From positions 1,426,001 through 1,490,000 of the forward strand of contig CM074823.1 in NCBI GenBank assembly GCA_037447605.1: a stretch of DNA of 64,000 nt, given 5' to 3'. Both the position numbers and the translations under genes were made by a program. Shown here in pieces: positions 31,968-45,100 of this stretch. The notes beneath the pieces are model-generated. The model made no database searches and was not told the DNA's origin. It was given only the letters and a program-made list of their open reading frames with translations. The first letter of the stretch is position 1, and the number at the start of each line of letters is the position of its first letter. Source of the stretch: Zygnema circumcarinatum SAG 698-1b. Its lineage: Eukaryota; Plantae; Zygnematophyceae.

Positions 31968-32383
31968 AGGGGAGGGGGAGAGGGGGGGTTGGGGGGGGGG
32001 AAGAGGAGAGGGGAGGACGTGGGTGGGGGAAGGAGATTGGAGGAAGGGGGAGACAGGGGGAGGGACGAGTGGGGGAGGGGAAGGGGAAGGAGAAGGGAGG
32101 AGGGCGAGGGAGAGGGAATGGGGGGGGGGGGGAGGGGAGGAGAGGGGAGGGAGGGAAGGAGGGGGGAGGGGAGGAGAGGGAGAGGGGAGGGAGGGAAGGA
32201 GGGGGGATGGGGAATGGGGGAGGGGAGGGGAGTGGGAGCATCCCAGAATCCCAAAAGACCCAAGAGAGCTCAGGAACCCGAAATCCCCCAGGTTCCTACT
32301 ACCCCTGGTGAAGTCATTCATCTCCCCAAAACCCACTAAGCCCTTGAATCCTCGGCGCATGGCGGCGCGGATGGCAGTGGGCG

Positions 32384-32783
32384 ATGTCGGGCGGCGGCGG
32401 CGGCGCGAGGAGCAGCGACGAGGCGCGCATCTCTGTGTGGTGGGACATCGAGAACTGCGATGTGCCCGCAGGCGCGAGCGCGCACAACATTGCGTGCAAT
32501 ATCCGCACAGCGCTGGCGGGTAGAGGCCTGCGCGGGCCCATCGCCATCTCCGCGTATGGCGACGCGCAGCGCCTGCCTAGAGCCGTCACGGAGGGCCTCA
32601 GCAGCACCGGCATCAGCATGCACCACGTGCCTAACGGTGCGATGTCATCTCTCTTTCGCTCTCTCTCTCTCCCTCTCTCTCTCTCTCTCCCCCTCTCGCT
32701 CTCACTCTCTCTCTCTCTCTCTCTCCCTCTCCCTCTCCCTCTCCCTCTCCCTCTCCCTCTCCCTCTCCCTCTCGCTCTCGCTG

Positions 32784-32838
<55 letters not shown>

Positions 32839-32929
32839 CCCCTCTCGCTCTCACTCTCTCTCTCTCTCTCTCCCTCTCCCTCCCTCTCCCTCTCTCTCTC
32901 TCTCCCTCTCTCTCTCTCTCTCCCTCTCG

Positions 32930-32972
<43 letters not shown>

Positions 32973-34529
32973 CCTCTCTCTCTCTCTCTCCCTCTCTCTC
33001 TCTGTCTCTCTTTCTCTCTCTCTTTCTTCGCTTTCATCCCTCTCACACCCTCTCTGAGCTTTATCTTTTCTCTCCCCCGCACTCGCCCTCTGCTTGTCCT
33101 TGCATGATTCCAGAGGGACAGCGGCATTTCTCGTTCCCTCTCTATCAGTCCCCCTCTCCCTCCCTCTCCGCCCTTTCTCTCCTCTCTTATCGCCCTCTTT
33201 CTTTTTCTCTCCTTCCTTCTCCGTCATCCTTCCTCTGTCTATGTCAACCGGTCAATTCCTTCTGCTCTCACTTCCATTCCCTCTCACATTCACAACATAA
33301 AGCAATGCTCCTTTTTCTAATGCATCGTTCCCTGCTCCCTTTCTTCTCTCAGGACGAAAAGACGCGAGCGACAAAGCAATTCTCGTTGGAATGCTCTTTT
33401 GGGCCCTTGACAACGATCCTCCGGCTCACGTTTTTTTAATTTCCGGAGACCGCGATTTTTCGACTGCGCTTCACGGACTTCGAAATCGGAGATATAACGT
33501 GCTGTTGGCCTGCCCTTCAGGAAATCCCGTCTCCGAATCTCTCCTCAGTTCAGCTTCCGAGGTCTGGAATTGGCCAAGCTTAGCTAAAGGAGAGGGCCTG
33601 CTCCCACTGCAGCCCCCTCCCTCTGCCTCTCCCTTGGGTCCACCTCCTCCTCTCCCACCTCCTCTCCCACCTCCTCTCCCACCTCCTCTCCCAACTCCTT
33701 TCCCAACTCCTCCCCCACTCTCTCTTCCGCCTCTCGCAGGGCCCTCTGCCTCTCCCATGCTCCAATGGGCAGCAAAGCCAAAACCCTCAAAACTGGCCCT
33801 GTCTCCCCCTCATATTGCAGCTCGGTTTGAAGGCAATAGCGATTTCAAAGTTAATCGTTCGAATTCTGCCAATCCTCGTCCTTCAACGAAAATGGGTTCT
33901 CCCTCCCATTCTTCGGCTGAAGCAGGAGGCTCTGCAGATTCCTCTGCCTCAAAACCAACCTCACCTGATCTCGCCGTTGTATTTCTAATTTTGAAAGATC
34001 TTCACTGCCTGATTTTCGGGAAATTTTTGTTTCGTCCATTCATACATATGGACGAGATAAAGCTTTGCTTCTTCGAGAGATTTGGGTATGAATTGAACCA
34101 TGTAACGTTGGGCCTCCCCACTCCCCTTAGTGTTTTTGAAAGCTTGGCATATGTGGTTGTAGAGAGATCCGGTGAAGGAGCGGCTTTGGAACCGACCGGT
34201 ATGCTTACACGATCATCGGGATTAGAGTATTTACTTAAGTTTATGGGGTGTTCACTGGCTTTACATGAAAGTTTGGATGGTTCCGATTGCGGATACAATT
34301 TCGACATAAAGGATAAGGATTTCGAAATAATATGGATATGTTGGCTTCAGAAGAATTTCCCTTCCTTGAAGGACTCCTCCCTCCCTCGTCCTTCTTCTCC
34401 ACCTCCTTCTCCTCCTCCTCCTCCTCCTCCTCCTCCTCCTCCTCCTCCTCCTCCTCCACCTCTTCCTTCTTCTCCTCTTCCTCCTCCTCTTCCTCCTCCT
34501 CCTCCTCCTCCTCCTCGTCCTCCTCCTCC

Positions 34530-34561
<32 letters not shown>

Positions 34562-35049
34562 CTACTCCTCCTCCCTCTGTTCCCAAAGGCAGAGCAGCCG
34601 AAATTGAGGACATTAGGCGGTGGCTAGTGGTGAAATTTCTTTCGGAAGAGCATCATACTTTGGAACTCGGGACGCTGAAAGTCTCTTTTGAAAAAGAGAC
34701 GGGACTTGCACTCAACTCGAAGTCGCTCGGATTTTCGAAACTTTTGGACCTTTTTAAGTCTTTAAGTGACGTGGCATCTGTGCACTCGTCGGGCCAAGGG
34801 GTATGTCGCGTTCAGTTGTGTTCCAAACCCATAAAGGACATTCTAAAGTTTTCGGCAAAGTTTGGTGGTCCGGCGGGAATTCCTATGGTAAGCTTCAAAC
34901 CTCTTTTCGAGAAGGAATTTGGATACAAATTGGATCAGAGTACGTTCGGGTTCAAGAAGCTGCGAAACTTCCTGGAATGGCTCCCCAACGTTGTCCATAT
35001 CGGAGACAAGGATCAGCTCTACTTTAGCCCCCGCTCTCTTCCAAATTAG
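32384..35049 (+). CDS. NYN-domain endoribonuclease with OST-HTH/LOTUS repeats (MARF1/DNE1-like, about 649 aa)
   Basis: Exons 32384-32636 and 33353-35049. VWWDIENC, ISAYGD, KDASDKAIL and LISGDRDFSTALHGLRNRRYNVLLA are NYN motifs. Three winged-HTH-like blocks (e.g. FKPLFEKEFGYKLDQSTFGFKKLRNFLE) separated by poly-Pro. An upstream exon near 31354-31412 is possible. Confidence 0.9.
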
Positions 35050-36106
35050 ATCTTCAAGAAACCTCGTTTCGCATGTTGTGAATGTAGTTTGTCTCTCCAT
35101 TTTCCATGAGAACGCCTCTTGTTTTGGCGACGGAGTTTGTTTGAAATCTAAAGATTTGGGGTTTCCAGAATCCACCACAGATTTTGGAAATGTTTCGTTG
35201 TTCTCCTGCCCTTTTCTTAACTTAGTTTCCCTAGAAATTCTCCTTCGGTACTGAAGCCTCGTCTTCCTCCTCCTTCCTCCCTCCTCTCCCTCTCGTCCAC
35301 TCCGACTCCCTCTCTTCTCTGTTCCTTTCTTCTCTCCTTCTCACCTCTCTGCCTCTGTATCTCTCCTTTCTCTCCCTCTCTCCCTGCTCTGCCCTCCCAA
35401 GCCTCTCATCTCTAATTCCTCCATTTTTCTTTTTCCTTTACTTGTTTTCTTTCACCGCTCGTTTTCCCTTTTAACCCTCCTCCCCCTCCCGTTTTGTTTT
35501 CTTTCGTTTCGTCACTTTTGCACATCCCAAAACATTATCTCAAATCCTCTAAATGTCTGCTTGGAAATCATCAGAGAAATAGCCTAAACGACTGTCAACG
35601 CCTTTATGTTTATTTTTATTTTTGGCGAATGTTTTTGGGTCCCATTTTTGGAGTTTTTCAAATGAACATTCCACCTACACCTCTGATCAGGTATTTGGGT
35701 TTTGGCAACCACTTATACTTTCCAATGGCCCTTCTTCTTACGCAATTTTTGTTTCTTTTTCCAGCTGCAACCTGATGCTACAACATTCTATGAAGTGTAT
35801 GTAACTGCATTTTTTTAGAAGGGTTTTAAGTGGAATTTGGGCCTGATTTGATGCTATATTTGAGGTGCCCCTTTCCAGGCTTCCTTTCTGCTCAGCTGTC
35901 ATCTTTTTTCTGCTCACAAACATATCCCTACAGAAACAAGAATCGCATTGAGAGAGTCCCAAGTATCATACAAAGTTTACAGAAAAAGCAAGAGAAAAAG
36001 AGTCCTGTCACAATCCTTCTCTCCCTCCTCTCCCACCCTCTTACTCTCTCCCCTCTCCCACTGTACAAACATCGAACCCATATCAACACATGGCACAAGG
36101 AGCCCC

Positions 36107-39100
36107 TCACAGCCCCACAAGTGTGGAACAGACCGGCTCGTGCACACACAAAGTCACCTCTGCGACTTTATCGAGGGTCTCCGCGAGCTTCACTGCTTCA
36201 GCCAGCAGAAGCGCACTCCCTCCTCTCCTTAGAAAAAACTCCGCCACTCTCAGCCCCCCATCCTTCGCCCCATACAGAACGAGGGCTTCCAATGCTGAGC
36301 CAATTGCAGCCGAAACGCGAGCAAAGATGACATCTCCCGGAGAGAGAGCTTTCAAAAGGAGCCTCTTCATCATCATTGCTTCTTCTTCAGAAGATGAAGA
36401 AGAAGGAGAAGGAGAAGAAGGAGAAGGAGAAGAAGGAGAAGGAGAAGAAGGAGAAGGAGAAGAAGGAGAAGGAGAAGAAGGAGAAGGTGAACCTCCCGGT
36501 ACAGTTGTCGGCGGTTCTGGCGAGCCCTCACCGCCACCTGTCGACCTCTCATTGGCCGAAGATACAACCGAGTATAAGACAGCGGCGATGGTTGTCGAGT
36601 TGACCGATGGAGAATTCAGAAGTGTCGAAAGTTGGAGTTGAGCGGACTTCACGGCTGCCTCCAATTGGTCGGGAGATGCTGATTTGGCAGCGAGGAATTG
36701 GCGGACCAAGAGGAGGCTGAAGGGGATCACACGTGTGACCGTTCATCACAACAGAAACGGAAAGGAGAGGTTCAGATTGAATGGTGAGCCGTTAAGAGAC
36801 AGAAAGAGGACGAGCTGCAAGTCTAGGGGGGAAGGGAAGGGGGAGGGAGAGAGAGAGGGAAAGGGAGAGAGGGGAAGAGAGGAGAGGGGGGGAGAAGGGG
36901 GGGAGAGGAGGAGGGAGGGGAGGGGGAGGGGGAGGGGGAGGGGAGGGAGGTCTAAAGCTGGAGAGGGAGGGAGAGGGAGAAGGAGAGGAAGTTATCATTA
37001 TCACTGACCCGATTGCAGTAACAAGCAGCTGCTGGAAGTTATTTTGAATTGTACGGATGCGGCCAACATCGAGCAGTAAAATTTCTGGAAGATTCTCTTC
37101 AGTCGCTGCTTCAGATCTCGCAGCGATTTGAACCAATCCGAGCCGCACAAAGGTCTCAACTGATTTCCAATCGACGGCCCTCCTTCGATGAAGAGCGGAG
37201 GCTGCGAGGGAGGGAGGGAGAAGGAGAGGAAGTTATCATTATCACTGACCCGATTGCAGTAACAAGCAGCTGCTGGAAGTTATTTTGAATTGTACGGATG
37301 CGGCCAACATCGAGCAGTAAAATTTCTGGAAGATTCTCTTCAGTCGCTGCTTCAGATCTCGCAGCGATTTGAACCAATCCGAGCCGCACAAAGGTCTCAA
37401 CTGATTTCCAATCGACGGCCCTCCTTCGATGAAGAGCGGAGGCTGCGAGGGAGGGAGGGAGAGAGAGGGAGTGGTGAGAGAAGAGAGGGAGGGGGTGAGT
37501 AAGAAGAGAGACAGGGAGAGGGTTGAGGGAGGGTTGAGGCAAACGAAAAAGCGAGGAGAGAGAGAGAGAGAGAGGACGAGAGAGAGAGAGAGAGAACGAG
37601 AGAAAGAGGGAGAGAGGGAGAGAGGGAGCGAGCGGGAGAGGGAGAGAGAGAGAGAGAGAGAGAGACGTTAAAAGGATGAAGTAGTCACCTCGCAATCCAT
37701 TCCAAATCAATTTGTAAATTATATCACAAACCGAATCACAATAAAAAATAATACTAAAACAAAAGAAAAATAACATTCTTTGTGTTGTTCCTTCCCAAGG
37801 CCACCTCACCAGATCCTGCAGCCTTCCCCAAATCCCTGCTTTTCGGCCAATCCCCGCGCGCCACCTGTCCTCCCGTCCTCATAGTGGCAGCCGCTTCTTC
37901 CAGCAAATTCGTTTCCGGTCTGCCCGAACCGAAACTTTCCGGTCTGCCCGTGCCCCCCACCGCGTTCACACGTGCGATCTCGGCTTCGAGATCGACTTTT
38001 GCGGACACAGCTTTGTCTTTAGCGAGGGAGATCCAAGCGGCCGTTCTGGGAAGCTTCCTAGAAACTTCCCGCACGCGGTCAGCCGTGTCAACGTCCACAA
38101 GGGTTTGACTTTCTTGACTTGCGTTGACTTTCTGCCAATCAGAAAGTGACAGCTGGAAGCGTTCCGCAAATCGCTGCCGTTGAAAAGTGACGCCGGAGGC
38201 CCCGCGGACCATATTTGAAATTATCGACATTTGGAAATTCGAAATGTCGCGCTTCAAAATCTGAAACCCACACCAACCCCCGCACCCAAAAAAAAAAAAA
38301 ATGAGACGAAAAAAAAGTAAGAAAATGGAGGACAAAAATTGAAGCTTCCTTTTCTTGTTTGGACGTTCCATGCTGTCCGTTGTCAGTTCGCACCGTTAAC
38401 TGGTCGAACAGAAAACGGAGGCCCTTTGTGGCCGCTGTTGCGAACGCCGCACGCTTCGCTCCTCCCTGCGAATCGGAGGCCGCCACGTCAGCTGCCAGCT
38501 CAGCGAGCAGATCCTGGTGCGCGCGCTGCGATTGGCTGTCCCTCGCGGGCGCTCCGCAGCGGAGCATTAACTCCGCCGCATAGTCCAAAATTTGGCGAAG
38601 GTGGGCGAAGTCCAAGCTGCCCGACTCCAAAATCTGTTTTTTTTTTTTTTTGAAAAAAAAAAAAGAAGGTTTTTAGGGTTTTTGAACGGACAGTGAAAAT
38701 CTGTTTTTTTTTTTTTTTTTTTTTTTCTTTTTGAAAAAAAGAAGAAGGTTTTTAGGTTTTTTGAACGGGCAGTCAAAGAGCAAATGGACGTTTCAACAAA
38801 AGGGGAAAGGAAGGGCAGAAATTGGAGCAGGAAAGCAGGGGGTGGGTGGGATTAAAAAATGAAAAAACAAGGCTAAAAAAAGAAAGAAATGGCACTAACC
38901 TGCTTGAGCAGTTCCGTGTCGAGATTTTCCTCTATTTCCAGACGCCACGTGGCAGGCGCTAGGGCTGCCAGCTCATCGCGGAGCTCCCCTATGAGGCCGA
39001 CAAATGGCGCCGTCTGGGGAGGCTCTTGCCGGAGGTGGTCCCCACAAAGGTCCCAAAACGCATTTTCCATCACTTTGCGCACTTGCGTCTGCCCACCAAA

Positions 39101-42100
39101 AAATCCACAAAAAAAAAAAAAAAAAAAAAATACACAAATTCAAAACAAAGGAAAAAATTATAAAAAAGCAGGAGATTACGATAATATTTTTTTTTTTTTT
39201 TTTTTTTTTTTTGTGAAAGAAGCGATCGAGTTGAGTTGTACCGCAATTGGATCCGTCTCCTCTCTCTGCGAGTCGAGGACCAATCCTGTGCTGCCACCTG
39301 GCGTTCCCTGTTCAGGCGTTCCCGTCCCCAGATCCCACCTCCCCCTATAGAGCATTTGCTGGACCATTCTCTCCTTCCATCCATCCGCCCCCTCTCCCTC
39401 TCCTCTCTCTCTCTCCTCCCTCCCCACCTCTCTCTCTCCCCTCCTCCCCCCTCTCTCCCTCCCGTCATTCTCTCCCTCGCCATTGAAATGGGACGAAGAA
39501 AGAGCATTCTCTTCATTTTGCCGTTCCATGCTCGATTTTCCGTTGAACGATGAACTGGCGGAAGCTCGTTCTATGTCCGTAACGGAGCCAGGAGGAGCCC
39601 TCTCAGTTCCAGTCCCAGTTTCAGTTTTGTCGTCTTTTCCGTCGGCACTTTTTTTTCCGTCCGAATTTTCGTTTTCAGATTTCGACGTTCCGCCGCTTGC
39701 TCTCACTCCCTGACCTTTTTTTGAGCTGCCCGAAGAAGACGAAAGGGAGCATGGAAAATGTTCCTTCCCTGCCCGAGTATCCGGGGACTTTGAAAAAAGA
39801 GTCCTTTTTGGAGGCGATATATCCCAAAATCCGCGAATAGGACGAACTGGCGACGACTTCATCATTCCGACTCCCCCAGTGCTTTCATCGCAGGGAGAAC
39901 TCAAAGGAGGGGACTCAGAAAACGACAAAGAGGGTGCAGAAACTGCCGAAAAAGGCGGACTTGACTTTATCGAATGAGATGAAGTGCGAACAGTCGGGGG
40001 CGTACACACTTGTTGAGACCGAGAAGTGGGGTTTGTTGACTTTGGTAAAGCGGGGGTTGGGGTGGGAGTGGAGGGAGAGGGAGAGGATAGGGAGGGAGAG
40101 GAGGGAGAGGGAGAGGAAAGGGAGGGAGAGGAGGAGGGAGAGAGTCCGTCGCGAGAAGCTTTTTCGTAGCGGGATCGAACTCGGGTGAGAGCAGTTTCCA
40201 TGCGCGTGACAGCGGTCACGCCGCGGAGCTGGCGGAGGCGGTCTCGGAGGAGCTGCTGGTCAACTTCCACCTGAGAGAGAGGGAGAGGGAGAGGGAGAGG
40301 GAGAGGGAGAGGGAGAAGGAGAGGGAGAGGGAGAGGGAGAGGGAGAAGGAGAGGGAGAGGGAGAGGGAGAGGGAGAGGGAGAGGGAGAGGGAGAGGGAGA
40401 GGGAGAGGGAGAGGGAGAGGGAGAGGGAGAAGGAGAGGGAGAGGGAGAGGGAGAGGGAGAGGGAGAGGGAGAGGGAGAGGGAAGAGGGAAGAGGAGAAGG
40501 AGAGGGAGAGGGAGAGAGGGAGAGGGAGAGGGAGAGGGAGAGGGAGAGGGAGAGGGAGAGGGAGAGGGAGAGGGAGAGGGAGAGGGAGAGGGAGAGGGAG
40601 AGGGAGAGAGGGAGGGAGAGGGAGAGGGAGGGAGAGAGGGAGAGGGAGAGGGAGAGGGAGAGGGAGGGAGAGGGAGAGAGAGGGAGGGTGGGAGATGGAG
40701 GGAGAGAAAGAAAGGAGGCAGGGATGGAGAGAGAGTGGAGGGCAAGGGCGAGGGCGAGAGGGAGGTAGGGGAGGTGGGGAGAGGAGAGGGAAAAGAGGGG
40801 CAGAGATGGAGAGAGAGGAGAGGGGAAGAGGAGAGAGACAAGATGAGAGACGAGGGGACGGCAACAGAGATGGAGAAGTGGTGAAGCGGAAGTGAGAGAG
40901 AAAAGGAGAGAGAGAGATAGAGAGCAAGTTAAGCTTGGATTCAACAAAAACCCATAACCCAAAAACATCCCCCAAAAGGATAGCATCATCTCAACCTACT
41001 GTCCCTAAAATTGATCCAAAAATGCCAAAATTTCACCTATCAAAGCTAAAAAAAAAAAACCCTCGAACGAAAACCCTAACCAACCCTAACTAACTAACCA
41101 ACAAAATTTTACCTATCGAAGCTAAAAAAAAACCCTCGAACGAAACCCTAACCAACCCTAACTAACTAACTAACATAATTTTACCTATAGAAGATAAAAA
41201 AAAACCCTCGAACGAAAACCCTAACCAAGCAAGCAACCCTATCTTGACTGACCTGTCGGCGTATTGCGAGGAAGTCCTGTGATTGGTCGGCGGGCTGCGC
41301 CAGCCTGTCCCTGCACCGCAGCATGGAGCCCTCCAGCTGGCAGGCCATGCCCACGAGCTCATCCTCCAACTGCTCCGCATCCTGGGTCTGATTTACACCC
41401 CATTTGTACCCCATTTGTACCCAAACTTATATTTCATTTAGGGTTTTTAGGGTTTTTAGTATGTCCATGATACTATTCTGGCCATTATACTATTCTCTAC
41501 TGTTTATACGCACAGATACTTCAATGTTGCGGTTGGAAAGCTTTACATTTTGATTCAGGGGAAAGAGAGGAGTCACAAAAGTAAGGGAAGGGGACAAAGG
41601 ACTCGATCTCGATGATTCTGTAAGCCAATCAGGAAGGAATACGTTGCAAAGGGGAAGGAGAGAGGGAGCGCGAACAGGAGCGAAAGAGGGAAAGAGGAGA
41701 AGGGGGGAGAGAGAGGAAGAGAGAAAGTGGGAGAGACAGAGGGAGTGAGAGGGAGAGAGAGGGGGAGAGAGAAAGAGAGGGAGGGGGGAGAGAGAAGGGG
41801 AAAGAAAGAGATAGAGCAGAGAAAGAGATAGAGCGGGAGAGAGAAAGAGAGAGAGAGAGCGGAGGGGGGCCAAATGTCCGCGTTCTCACCTTCCACTTGA
41901 CAAACAGTTCGAGATATTCCGCCCACACATTGTCAAAAGCCGCCAAATGCTCCACAAAGGGACGCTTTCCCTGTCCATCGCCGCCACGTGGCGCTTCCTG
42001 ATTTGCTCGCTTTGCGGCAGAATCCAGGCTCGAGAACGTTGACCCAAATTCCACTTTTCCTGCTGAAACCGAACCTGTCTCGGTGGATCCTTTTTTCACA

Positions 42101-45100
42101 TTTCCCATTTTTTTGCCTTTCAATATGAAGGCCACAAGCTGCTCAAATTTCACTATCAGTCGCGCTGCTGTTTCCGCCAAAGCTTTTTCTTTTTCTCCTT
42201 GGGAGGAAAAAACTGCATCAGGATGACCTAAGGCCATAAATGCGCACATCAAGACTCGAGCCGGGTACCTCTCTAAATTAGTATTTACATTTTGGGTCCC
42301 CGAATTTTGAGTTGTCGATTTTTTTGTTGTTGTTGTTGGAGATGGTACTTTTGCTGTACCCTCCATCATCACCTTCACGGTCCCAATTTCAACTTTTGTG
42401 TCCGCTTCGAAGTTCGCCTTGTCCTTTGTTCCTTCCGTTGAACAATTTCCGTTTTTCGATATCGAACCCGTTGAATTTTTGGGACCCCCTCTCTGAACTC
42501 CCTTTTTCGGATTTTGTAATTTCCGCAACAAAGGCTCCAAATTTTTGGGCACAAATCTGCTCTCTACCGCCGGGGTCGCCTTCGCTTCTTTCAAAGAAGA
42601 CGTCAGCGCTGACGTCATCTGACCCTTCGCCTCCTTCGGCTGTGACGTCATCCCCTGGTTTGCGCTAGAGGCTGATGACGTCAGCACCAGCCGCCACTCG
42701 AGCCTGGCCAGTAACGCCTTGACCGCGCGGAGCGTAGCGGGGGAGGTGATTCTGGCTGCCACCTGGTCGAATGGGAGGGTTTTGATGACGTCAGCAGTGA
42801 CGTGGCAGGCAGCGAAGGCCTCAGCCAATGCGAGTGTAGTGCTTCGCGATCGCTGAAACTGGCGCCAGCACCTGCGCCACCCTCGGAATCGATACTTTTC
42901 AAGACTCACAAACGCTGAAAACCTGAGAGTAAAACTCTGACAACCTTTCAAACCATAGTACTGATTTTTCTCTGGCACCTTCCAGTCCTCACATTCAGCA
43001 GCCCTTGTCCAGGAGCTGTTTGACCATCATTGACTCGCGTTGACCCATCCTTACCAGGATCGACCCCCCTTCATCACAGTTGACATGATTTGACTCAGCC
43101 TGAACCAGATTGATTCATCTTGACCAGCCTTGACCAGTAATTGACCAACCTTAACTCATCCTGAGCAATCATTGATCAACCTTGACCAACCCTGGGCCAC
43201 CTTTGACCAACCTTGACCCATCTTGACCGACCTTGACCAATGATCGGCCAACCACTTACCAACCGTGACCCGTTTAGACCAAATCACTAAACCCATATTG
43301 ACCCACCTTGACCCACCTTGACCCATGTCGACCCATGTTGACCCACCTTGACTCACGTTGACCCATGTTGACCCACCTTGACCCATGTCGACCCATCTTG
43401 ACCCATGTTGACCCACCTTGTCCCATGTCGACCCATGTTGACCCACCTTGACCGATGTTGACCCATCTTGACTCACGTTGACCCATGTTGACCCACTTTG
43501 ACCCATGTTGACCCAGCTTGACCGATGTTGACCCATCTCGACCGATGTTGACCCATGTTGACCCACTTTGACTCACGTTGACCCATGTTGACCCACCTTG
43601 ACCCACTTTGACTCACGTTGACCCATGTTGACCCACCTTGACCCATGTTGACCCACCTTGATCCATGTTGACCCACGTTGACCCATTTTGACTCACGTTG
43701 ACCCATGTTGACCCACCTTGACCCATCTTGACCCATGTTGACCCACCTTGTCCCATGTCGACCCATGTTGACCCACCTTGACCGATGTTGACCCATCTTG
43801 ACTCACGTTGACCCATGTTGACCCACTTTGACCCATGTTGACCCAGCTTGACCGATGTTGACCCATGTTGACCCACTTTGACTCACGTTGACCCATGTTG
43901 ACCCACCTTGACCCACTTTGACTCACGTTGACCCATGTTGACCCACCTTGACCCATGTTGACCCACCTTGATCCATGTTGACCCACGTTGACCCATTTTG
44001 ACTCACGTTGACCCATGTTGACCCACCTTGACCCGTGTTGACCCATGTTGACCCACTTTGACTCACGTTGACCCATGTTGACCCACCTTGACCCATGTTG
44101 ACCCACCTTGACCCATGTTGACCCATGTTGACCCATGTTGCCCCATGTTGCCCCATGTTGACCCACCTTGACCCATGTTGACCCACCTTGACCCATGTTG
44201 ACCCATGTTGACCCATGTTGCCCCATGTTGCCCCATGTTGACCCACCTTGAGAGCTCCTTGGAGAGCCGCTCCCCCGCGTGCTGCTGCTCCTTCCTGCTG
44301 CTGCCGGTGTTCCCCTGCCCGAGGCCCCTCCTTGCCCTGGCCCCGGCCTTGGCCTGCAGGATCTCCTTCCGCCGCCCCCGCGCCCTCGCGAGTTTGGCCT
44401 CGAGGCGGTCCCTCCTCGCCGCGCTCTGCGCCGCCCTCGCCCCCCGCACGGCCTCCGCGACCGCCCTCGAGCGCGCCACGCGGCCGCCCGCCCGCACGCG
44501 CTCCGCCGCCAGCCGCAGGCCGCGCTTGCGCCGGGCGGCCGCCACGCGGAGGACCAGGGCGAACTGACCTGCCAGCCGCTCGCAGTCCAGGCCCGAGGGA
44601 GGGAGGGAGGGAGGGGAGGGGGAGTGGAGGGAGGAGGGGAGGGAGGAGAGGGGGGGAGGGAGGAGAGGGGGAGGGAGGAGGGGGAGGGTGGGGAGGGGAG
44701 GGAGGAGGGGAGGGAGGGGAGGGAGGGAGGGGGAGGGAGGGGAGGGGGGGAGGTGGGAGGGGGGGGTGGGGAGGGGAGGGGGGGGAGGAGGGGGAGGGAG
44801 GGGAGGGGGGGGGAGGGAGGGAGGGAGGGGAGGGGGGGAGGGAGGGAGGGGGGAGGGGAGGGAGGGAGGGAGGGGGGAGGGAGGGGAGGGGGGGAGGGTG
44901 GGAGAGGGAGGGAGGAGAGGGGGGAGGGAGGGAGGGGGGGAGGGTGGGGGGAGGGGAGGGGGAGGAGGGGAGAGGAGGGGAGGGAGGGAGGGGGGAGAGG
45001 GAGGGAGAGGGAGGGAGGAGAGGGGGGAGGGAGGAGAGGGGGGAGGGAGGGGAGGGGGGGAGGGTGGGGAGGGGAGGGAGGAGGGGGAGGGAGGGAGGAG

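Noticed and set aside
43156-44246. [10 protein letters not shown] repeat ORFs as a repeat-protein gene
   Set aside because: They are open in several frames only because the decamer rarely contains stops. They lie antisense to nothing and inside a TCP11 intron. Retained only as a possible alternative-donor extension.
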